Below are positions 17,294 to 23,790 of a DNA stretch of 23,790 nt, in pieces. How positions within the stretch are numbered: position 1 is the stretch's first letter; every line of letters begins with the position of its first letter. Source of the stretch: Pseudomonadota bacterium (GTDB taxonomy: Bacteria; Bdellovibrionota_G; JALEGL01; DATDPG01); contig JAZDDX010000030.1 in NCBI GenBank assembly GCA_043809315.1, positions 1 through 23,790 of the forward strand. The letters are read 5' to 3'. The notes under the pieces are model-generated. The model ran no database searches, was not told where the DNA came from, and saw only the letters and a program-made list of their open reading frames with translations. The position numbers and the translations under genes are program-made.

Positions 17294-18214
17294 ATGAGAC
17301 CCTGTTTCCGTTTGACCCTGTTGGCCGTGGTTTGCTTGGCCACGACCTCTTTCGCCTCGGCCATCGTCGTGATCCAGGGGAACAACTCCCCATTCGGGCG
17401 GAAATATTTCTCTGGCTTTTCCTCCCTGGCAACCGACCGCGTTTCGGCGTTCCAGTACGATGGGAAGAAAGAGAAACCGCTCCTGGCCCAGGTCCAGAAG
17501 CTGGCTCCGGATCTGGTCCTGACGATCGGGGAGGTTCCCCTCTCGCAACTCGTCGCGCTCCTGCCGGCCACGCCGTTCATCGTCGGCGACTACTACCCGA
17601 GCAACCTGGCGAAGCGGGCGAACATCGTGATGATGGAGAGCGAGCTGCCGGTCGGAACCGGGCTCACGCTATTCCAGGCCCTTTTTCCGAACCGGAAGAC
17701 GATCGGGACGATCTACGATCCGAAGTACTCCCAAGGAGCGGTCGATTCTCTGGTTGCGTACGCCGGGAAGCTGGGGCTCAAGGTGGCATCGATCAAAGTC
17801 GATTCACCGAACGACGTCGCCTCCTACATCCAGGCGTTTGCAGGGAAGGTTGATCTTCTCTATTGCATGCGGGATGCGACGACGTCGAACGAGGGGGCGA
17901 CGAAACAGATCTTTGCCTTCACGGAACAGAACAACATCCCGGTGATTTCGCTCGATCCCGATCACATCGTTCGCGGAGCTCTGATGACGGTTGCGGTCGA
18001 TCCGTTGGAATTAGGCGAGCAGGCTTGGGGGGTTGCCCGGGTGATCCTCAAAGAGGGAAAGATCCCGCAGCTCCCGGTCTCGGTCGATCCGCACGAGATG
18101 ACGGCCGCGATCTCGATGAAGGGACTGGCGCGCTTCGGCGTCGGCGCGGATGCGCTCTTCGGGTTCCTGCAGAAGGGTGTGAAGGACGGCTATTCCGTCC
18201 GGATCGAGCCGTAG
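17294..18214 (+). CDS. ABC-type substrate-binding protein (ABC_sub_bind-like) with no permease or ATPase nearby
   Basis: Signal peptide; PDLVLTIG, LFP..KTIGTIYDP, NIPVI, VRGALM and GEQA motifs typical of this family. Confidence 0.75.
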   Translation: MRPCFRLTLLAVVCLATTSFASAIVVIQGNNSPFGRKYFSGFSSLATDRVSAFQYDGKKEKPLLAQVQKLAPDLVLTIGEVPLSQLVALLPATPFIVGDYYPSNLAKRANIVMMESELPVGTGLTLFQALFPNRKTIGTIYDPKYSQGAVDSLVAYAGKLGLKVASIKVDSPNDVASYIQAFAGKVDLLYCMRDATTSNEGATKQIFAFTEQNNIPVISLDPDHIVRGALMTVAVDPLELGEQAWGVARVILKEGKIPQLPVSVDPHEMTAAISMKGLARFGVGADALFGFLQKGVKDGYSVRIEP

Positions 18215-18222
18215 ACGGACGA

Positions 18223-19176
18223 TTACTTTACGATCTTAACGCCGCCCGGAATCGTCACGATTGTTCGGATCCAGACTTGGAGCTTCGCCGTCTTATCGTA
18301 CGGTCCTTCGTAGCCGGCCGTGCAGATCGTCTGCCCGGTCGCCGACGTGACACCGGCGTCGATGAATTTTTGAAAGTCCTTCATTTCGGAGTCAGACGGA
18401 GAAAGCTTCCATTTTGAATCGGACTCGACCGCAAGGGTAAGAGCCGGGCCCATTACGCTGATTTCTTTTAAGGCCTTCAGCTGGAGCACGCATACGGCAT
18501 CACCAAGATGCCATGAGGCCTCTTTCGGTGCCGGCTCGGTCGAACGGAACAACGAACCACCGGTGAGCGTTACCTTTCCCGCTTTGTCGACCTTGATCGT
18601 CAAACCGGCACCCTCAACGTCGTCGTACTTCGGTAGAGCAACGTCGCCTGAACTGTTGAGGGAAAAAATCGGATTGGGAACCGCTATCGGCTTCGTGAGG
18701 ACCTCACCTCCCTTGAAGTGAATCGGATTGGCGGTGAGCATGTACCCGGAATAAAGCTGATCTTCCCCGACTTCCAACAGGTTTTTGTCGCTCGTTGCAA
18801 ACTTGAAGATAGCCACTTTCCCGTCCGAGACGAAATCGCCGCTCGCGCTGCTTCCCGATGTTTTCACCTGCTCGAGCTTCACGTTGATCGTCGGATTATC
18901 GCCATCTTTCACCTGATCCAGCGGTGCCGGGGCCGACTTCTTCGGATCTTTCGGATCGGGGCCGGTGACTTGCGCAATCGATTGATCACTGATGACCACG
19001 GTCTTTTTCGCCGGGTCGATGTTGATGATCGTGTTGAGTGAATACCCCACGCCCACGGACGTTGCCGTATCGGGCTTCGTGTCAGGCTTCACCTCTTCCT
19101 TTTTCTTCTGCGATTTCCCGCAGCCGACGGAGAAGGCAACCAGAAGGGCTAAAACCGATATCGAAATCTTTTTCAT
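18223..19176 (-). CDS. Hypothetical lipoprotein
   Basis: 317 aa; MKK + hydrophobic stretch + lipobox SVG-C19; Lys/Pro-rich tether (KPDTKPDT); GAGGA SD upstream. Confidence 0.8.
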   Translation of the reverse strand: MKKISISVLALLVAFSVGCGKSQKKKEEVKPDTKPDTATSVGVGYSLNTIINIDPAKKTVVISDQSIAQVTGPDPKDPKKSAPAPLDQVKDGDNPTINVKLEQVKTSGSSASGDFVSDGKVAIFKFATSDKNLLEVGEDQLYSGYMLTANPIHFKGGEVLTKPIAVPNPIFSLNSSGDVALPKYDDVEGAGLTIKVDKAGKVTLTGGSLFRSTEPAPKEASWHLGDAVCVLQLKALKEISVMGPALTLAVESDSKWKLSPSDSEMKDFQKFIDAGVTSATGQTICTAGYEGPYDKTAKLQVWIRTIVTIPGGVKIVK

Positions 19177-19210
19177 AGTTTCCTCTTTTTAGAGATCCGC
19201 CGTCATAGAC

Positions 19211-19226
19211 AGCAACTCTCGTGCCG
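19211..19226 (-). promoter_or_regulatory. Sigma54 (RpoN) -24/-12 promoter of the lipoprotein gene
   Basis: Minus strand CGGCACGAGAGTTGCT versus consensus TGGCACG-N4-TTGCW: exact GG-N10-GC spacing and one mismatch. Predicted +1 is about 19200, 24 nt before the ATG. Confidence 0.75.
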
Positions 19227-19253
19227 AACTCTTTTTCTTTTTTCTTTTAATGA

Positions 19254-19266
19254 AAACAGGTAGTTA
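19254..19266 (+). promoter_or_regulatory. Candidate IHF binding site
   Basis: AAACAGGTAGTTA versus WATCARNNNNTTR (one mismatch), preceded by a T-rich tract (19232-19248). It lies about -54 to -66 from the sigma54 start. Confidence 0.4.
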
Positions 19267-19290
19267 TGTTTTCGGCGGTCGGCCGAGGCT

Positions 19291-19323
19291 GGGCATCGAT
19301 GCCCCGATGTTGGGACATCGACG
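19291..19323. promoter_or_regulatory. Overlapping dyads, candidate enhancer (UAS) for a sigma54 activator
   Basis: Perfect palindrome GGGCATCGATGCCC (19291-19304) and imperfect inverted repeat TCGATGCCCC-N6-GGGACATCGA (19296-19321), at about -90 to -120 from the sigma54 start. Confidence 0.45.
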
Positions 19324-19367
19324 TTTCACCCGGCGGATGTTACCTAGACCCGATCAACGGAGAAATT

Positions 19368-20672
19368 GTGGCGAAAGAAATCTCAGGCGTAATGGACAAA
19401 CTCGTATCTCTCTGCAAACGACGCGGATTCATCTTCCCGTCAAGTGAGATCTACGGGGGCCTCAACTCCTGCTACGACTACGGTCCTTTGGGCGTCGAGC
19501 TCAAGAACAAGGTCAAGGCGTTCTGGTGGAAATCGATGGTCCAGGTCCACGAGAACATCGAGGGGCTCGACTCCTCGATCCTGATGCATCCCAAAATCTG
19601 GGAGGCATCCGGCCACATCGCCAACTTCACCGACCCGCTCGTCGACTGCAAGAAGTGCAAGAACCGCTTCCGGGCCGACGAGGTGGAAACAAAGAAGTGC
19701 CCCAAGTGCGGCGGCGAGCTGACGGAGTCGCGCAAGTTCAATCTGATGTTCAAGACGTTCATGGGACCGGTCGAGTCCGACGCCAACATCGTCTACCTCC
19801 GCCCCGAGACGGCGCAGGGGATCTACGTCAACTATCAAAACGTCCTCACCTCCTCGCGCCAGAAAGTCCCGTTCGGGATCGCTCAGATCGGGAAAGCGTT
19901 CCGGAACGAGATCACGCCGGGAAACTTCACCTTCCGGACCCGCGAGTTCGAGCAGATGGAGATGCAGTACTTCATCCGCCCCGAAAACGACGACGAGGTG
20001 TTCGAAACCTGGAAGAAAGAGCGGATCGCCTGGTACGAGAAGCTCGGGATCAAGAAAGAGAATTTACGGTTCCACGAGCACGGGAAGGACGAGCTGGCTC
20101 ACTACGCCAAGCGCGCTTTCGACATCCAGTACAAGTTCCCGTTCGGCTGGCAGGAACTCGAGGGGATCCATAACCGGACCGACTTCGATCTGAAACGGCA
20201 CCAGGAGTACTCCGGGAAGAACCTCCTCTATTTCGACGAGGAGAAAAAGGAGAAGTACATCCCGTACATCATCGAGACGTCGGCCGGATGTGACCGGACC
20301 ACGCTGTGTATCCTCTGCGACGCGTTCGCGGAGGAGGCGGAGCGGACGGTCTTGCGGTTCGCCCCACACCTCGCCCCGATCCAGGTCGCGGTCCTGCCGC
20401 TCGTCAACAAAGACGGCCTTCAGGAGATCGCACACAAAATCGTGGCGACGCTCCGCCCGTTCTACTCCGTCTTCCACGACGACAGCGGGTCGATCGGCCG
20501 GCGGTACCGGCGGCAGGACGAGGCGGGAACGCCGTTCGAAATCACGGTCGATTACCAGACGAAAGAGGATCACACCGTGACGCTGCGCGAACGGGACAGC
20601 ATGCAGCAACACCGCCTCAAGATCGAGGCGCTGCAACATTACCTCGGACTGCGATTGGCCCCTCCCCTCTGA
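19368..20672 (+). CDS. glyQS: Glycine--tRNA ligase, alpha2 (homodimeric) type
   Basis: KRRGF, EIYGG, DYGPLG, WEASGH, CxxC..CxxC Zn knuckle, FNLMF, YLRPETAQG, GKAFRNEI, RTREFEQME, IETSAG, SIGRRYRRQDEAG. GTG start with GGAG upstream. Confidence 0.96.
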   Translation: MAKEISGVMDKLVSLCKRRGFIFPSSEIYGGLNSCYDYGPLGVELKNKVKAFWWKSMVQVHENIEGLDSSILMHPKIWEASGHIANFTDPLVDCKKCKNRFRADEVETKKCPKCGGELTESRKFNLMFKTFMGPVESDANIVYLRPETAQGIYVNYQNVLTSSRQKVPFGIAQIGKAFRNEITPGNFTFRTREFEQMEMQYFIRPENDDEVFETWKKERIAWYEKLGIKKENLRFHEHGKDELAHYAKRAFDIQYKFPFGWQELEGIHNRTDFDLKRHQEYSGKNLLYFDEEKKEKYIPYIIETSAGCDRTTLCILCDAFAEEAERTVLRFAPHLAPIQVAVLPLVNKDGLQEIAHKIVATLRPFYSVFHDDSGSIGRRYRRQDEAGTPFEITVDYQTKEDHTVTLRERDSMQQHRLKIEALQHYLGLRLAPPL

Positions 20673-22045
20673 TGTCGTTCCGCGGCCCCTACACGCTGGT
20701 TGCAAAACTCGGTGAAGGGGGGATGGCGGAGGTCTTCAAAGCGGTCAAGCAGGGGCCAGAGGGGTTCGAAAAACCGATCGCACTCAAGCGGATCCTCCCG
20801 TTCTATGCCGATCATCCGACGTTTCTTAAGATGCTCGCCAGCGAAGCGAGGGTTCACGCTCATCTGGATCACCCGAACATCGTCCAGATCCTCGACTTCT
20901 TCCGACAGAGGGATCATTACCTGATCGCGCTCGAATACGTGCCGGGAAAGAACCTCCGCCAGATCGCCAGCGACGCCCGACGGAAACGCGATCCGATCTC
21001 CTGGCAGGCCTCCGTGTATATCGTCTCCGAGGTGCTTAAGGGTCTGGAGTTCGCGCACAAGAGGCGCGGCACCGGCGGGCCGCTCGGGATTGTCCACCGG
21101 GATGTGAGCCCGCAGAACATTCTGGTTTCATACGAGGGGCTGGTGAAGCTCCCCGACTTCGGGATCGCAAGGGCTCGGATCGAGCAGGAGGATACGAAGT
21201 CTGGGGTCTTGAAGGGGAAGGAACGATACGCCGCCCCTGAACAGTTTCGGACGAGCAACGTCGATTTCCGGGCCGATCTCTTCGCCGCCGGAATGGTTCT
21301 CTACGAACTGGTGACCAGTCGCATCCCCTCGCGTGAGGAGATCACTCAGGGAAGAGTCCGGCCCCCCAAGGAGTTCCGGCCGGAACTCCCGGCCGGGATC
21401 GACGAGGTGATCCTCCGGTCGCTTACGGCTGATCCGTCCGCGCGACATTCGTGCGCCCAGGAATACCGGGACCAACTTCTTTCCGCTGCAGACCCCGATT
21501 GGCTTTCTCACGGCACCGAACGCTTACGCGACTGGCTGACCTCCCTCTACCCGATGCCGGCCGACCGCCAGGAGGGGGCGATCCATGACACACCGGTCCT
21601 TTCTCTCGACGGAACCCCGCTTCCGGTCCTGATCCATCCGACCCGCTCGTTGATCTCGGGTGTAGCTGAGATCTCCTGGCGAAATGTACGAAGGGTAGGC
21701 TTGCCCCGCCGTCCGGTCTGGGTCGTCGCCACCCTCCTGCTCCTTTCCCTCGCCGCGGTGGTCTTCTCCGTCGGGAGATCGGTTCGTCCGAAAGAGTCAC
21801 CCCCTTCTCGAACTCCGGCTACGACGACCGACGCCGTTCTCCGCTTTGAGGGACCGGACGGAGCGACGATCTTCGTCAACGGACAAGCGGTCGGACATCT
21901 CCCGAGCGCCGACCGACCGGTCCAATCGGGAAGTTATGTCGTCCTCCTACGAGACCGCAACGGCGTTTCGTCGATGACGAGAATTCAGCTGAAATCCGGA
22001 GACAACTATCTCGTCCGCTTCACGCCGCCGAAACGGAAGAAATAA
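20672..22045 (+). CDS. Membrane-anchored Ser/Thr kinase with a C-terminal PEGA-like domain
   Basis: ATG overlaps the glyQS stop (TGATG). LGEGGMAEVF, ALKRI, HRDVSPQN, DFG, APE, DLFAAG; TM segment VWVVATLLLLSLAAVVFSVG; PDGATIFVNGQAVG. Confidence 0.9.
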   Translation: MSFRGPYTLVAKLGEGGMAEVFKAVKQGPEGFEKPIALKRILPFYADHPTFLKMLASEARVHAHLDHPNIVQILDFFRQRDHYLIALEYVPGKNLRQIASDARRKRDPISWQASVYIVSEVLKGLEFAHKRRGTGGPLGIVHRDVSPQNILVSYEGLVKLPDFGIARARIEQEDTKSGVLKGKERYAAPEQFRTSNVDFRADLFAAGMVLYELVTSRIPSREEITQGRVRPPKEFRPELPAGIDEVILRSLTADPSARHSCAQEYRDQLLSAADPDWLSHGTERLRDWLTSLYPMPADRQEGAIHDTPVLSLDGTPLPVLIHPTRSLISGVAEISWRNVRRVGLPRRPVWVVATLLLLSLAAVVFSVGRSVRPKESPPSRTPATTTDAVLRFEGPDGATIFVNGQAVGHLPSADRPVQSGSYVVLLRDRNGVSSMTRIQLKSGDNYLVRFTPPKRKK

Positions 22046-23790
22046 TGAAATCCTACCTACCCGCCCCTTATCCGATCCTGCCGATTCCGGAGATCCTCGC
22101 CCTGTGCGCGACGGCTCTGTTTCTCTGCCGGTCGAACTGGACCGGGGCATTCGCTTACGAATTCTCCTCTCTGCTTGCCGTCGCTTCGTTCCTGGTCTTC
22201 GCGATCGGAACCGTCGTCCGTCTGTCCGCCATCGAAGATGCGCGCCCCTTGACGTCTGCGGATCGGGTTCGTGCTGCCTTCGGAAGCTTTCTGTCGCTTT
22301 GGGCACCGCTTGTGATGGTTCTCCTCGCATCGATCCGGATCCCGACCTGTCGTTATGGAGTCGGGTTCGTTTGGTTCCTCCTCCTTCCCGTCCCCTCTGC
22401 CCTGTTTGGCGCCGCTTCCGGGATCTGGGCAACGACCCTCCGGACCACGTCGGTCAAACGGGCGTTCGCCGCACTTCTCCCCGCTCTCGCTTTTTGTCTT
22501 CTCACGGCCTGGGAACTCTATCTCGGTCCAGGGCTTTCGTTCCTGAACCCGGCGATCGGATATTTCGCGGGACCGATCTACGACGAGTGGATCCCGATCC
22601 GGACGCCGATCGTCACGTACCGGATCTTCACGCTGTTTTTGTCTTTGATCCTCATCGTAACGGCAACGCGTCGATCCGATCTCGTTCGATTCGGTTCGGC
22701 CTTCGCCGTTGCAACGCTCCTGATCCTCCGCGGCCCACTCGGCTGGAGTCACGATCAACAAACCCTCGATCGCGCTCTCCCCGCTCGTCTTTCGGGACGG
22801 ACGGTCGAGCTTCATTTCGCCCCCTCCTCGTTTTCGTTTCAACGGGCTTATTCGTTGTTGCGCACGTTGGATGATCGGGCCGACCGGATCGCCTCCGAGA
22901 TCGGGCTCAACGCGCGAGAACGAAGTCAGGCGATCCTCATCTATCTCTACCCCAACCCCGCGACCAAATACCGTCTGACGGGCGTCCGCCACACGGCGAT
23001 CGGGAACCCGATCCGGCGCACGGTTCATCTTCTCGCCTCGGAGTCGCTAGAGTTCGTTACGCACGAGATGGTACATGTCGTGGCGGGGCCGTTGGGGGTT
23101 CCGGGACTCCGCCTTTCGCTCCGGGTCGGCCTCCTGGAAGGTCTCGCAACGGGGGTGCAACGGTATCAGGACGATCTGTCGGTGCACGAGTGGGCGCGCG
23201 CGATGCAAAAGCTGAATCTCCTTCCTTCCATGGCAAAGATGATGAAGCCGACCGGGTTCTGGGGGGAATCCGCGGGACGCGCGTACCTTGCGGCCGGATC
23301 GTTCTGCCGTTGGCTTCTCGACAGCCGTGGCGCGTACCTCTTCCAGAGGGTCTATCGCGGAGCTGATTTCGGTGAAACCTATCGGGTGCCACTCGCTTCG
23401 TTGGTTGAACAGTGGGAACAGTTCCTTCGCACGGTTCCTCTCTCCGCCGGCGCGGTCCGGATCGCCGACAGTCACCTCCGCGCGAAGCCGGTGACGGAAC
23501 GGCGTTGTCCGCACGATGTCGCCGATGCGGTCGAGCGCGGGTACGGATGCTGGGGGAGAAAAGATCTTCCCGGCGCAATCGGGTTCTTCGGTGAGGCCTG
23601 GAGGTACTCCGGAGAGATTCCTTCGACCACCCTCCGCCTCGCGCGGGCGGAAGCTCGGAGCCGGAATTGGGTTCGGGTGGAAGAGCTGGCCCGCCTGATT
23701 CTCTCGAAAACGGAGAGCTCGACCTCGGAGAGGGCCTCGGCACGAGCGCTCTTGGGGGATTCAGCCGCCGTTCGGGGGAATCTCGTCGCC
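22045..23790 (+). CDS. Polytopic membrane protein with a HEXXH gluzincin (peptidase MA-like) domain and a TPR-like tail; 3' truncated
   Basis: Absent from the ORF track. ATG 22045 overlaps the kinase stop (TAATG) and the frame is open for 582 codons to the edge. It has about 6-7 hydrophobic segments, GYFAGPIYDE, then THEMVH (HEXXH at 23062-23076), LLEGLA, AY..AGSFCRWL, RRCPH and helical repeats. Confidence 0.85.
   Translation, partial: MKSYLPAPYPILPIPEILALCATALFLCRSNWTGAFAYEFSSLLAVASFLVFAIGTVVRLSAIEDARPLTSADRVRAAFGSFLSLWAPLVMVLLASIRIPTCRYGVGFVWFLLLPVPSALFGAASGIWATTLRTTSVKRAFAALLPALAFCLLTAWELYLGPGLSFLNPAIGYFAGPIYDEWIPIRTPIVTYRIFTLFLSLILIVTATRRSDLVRFGSAFAVATLLILRGPLGWSHDQQTLDRALPARLSGRTVELHFAPSSFSFQRAYSLLRTLDDRADRIASEIGLNARERSQAILIYLYPNPATKYRLTGVRHTAIGNPIRRTVHLLASESLEFVTHEMVHVVAGPLGVPGLRLSLRVGLLEGLATGVQRYQDDLSVHEWARAMQKLNLLPSMAKMMKPTGFWGESAGRAYLAAGSFCRWLLDSRGAYLFQRVYRGADFGETYRVPLASLVEQWEQFLRTVPLSAGAVRIADSHLRAKPVTERRCPHDVADAVERGYGCWGRKDLPGAIGFFGEAWRYSGEIPSTTLRLARAEARSRNWVRVEELARLILSKTESSTSERASARALLGDSAAVRGNLVA

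Noticed and set aside
19177-19367. T-box riboswitch upstream of glyQS
   Set aside because: There is no T-box consensus (GGTGGNACCGCG) and no terminator hairpin with a U tract before the gene. The dyads fit the divergent sigma54 promoter better.
20306-20671. N-terminal extension of the second kinase ORF
   Set aside because: It is a shadow frame over the glyQS 3' end. Kinase homology begins at ATG 20672.
15280-21180. Short DNA identities between the two kinase genes (e.g. ATGGCGGAGGTCTTCAA; AGCCCGCAGAAC)
   Set aside because: They encode conserved kinase motifs in paralogues and are not a repeat element.
22057-23743. ORFs listed in the track at the right end (256 aa +, 323 aa -, 228 aa -, etc.)
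   Set aside because: All are shadows of the open frame starting at 22045, which has coherent TM and HEXXH motifs.

Overview
GC-rich bacterial chromosomal segment. A Myxococcota/Bdellovibrionota-like origin is inferred from the myxobacterial-style Ser/Thr kinases, the PhaR-like regulator and the divergent UPRT. Left to right it holds: (1) a MenAT-like antitoxin/nucleotidyltransferase pair, with the toxin cut off by the window edge; (2) a secreted FG-GAP-repeat protein; (3) a nucleoside salvage/catabolism cluster, deoC-udp-punA-cdd then upp-hpt-ridA, split by an antisense orphan gene; (4) a PhaR-like regulator, an outer-membrane barrel and a large HEXXH-peptidase/PD40/Omp85-like barrel protein; (5) a secreted orphan gene and glmS; (6) a membrane Ser/Thr kinase with an FGE/SUMF1 domain, followed by an orphan substrate-binding protein; (7) an orphan lipoprotein with a near-consensus sigma54 promoter plus candidate IHF and enhancer sites; (8) an alpha2-type glycyl-tRNA synthetase coupled to a second kinase and a membrane HEXXH peptidase that runs off the right edge. 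The most notable signals are the DeoC N-terminal extension (microcompartment encapsulation-peptide-like helix plus a Cys/His cluster), substituted active-site residues in Cdd and Upp, the peptidase-propeller-barrel protein, and the sigma54 promoter architecture. I saw no RNA genes, CRISPR arrays or mobile elements. All calls come from motif recognition by eye; no searches were run.
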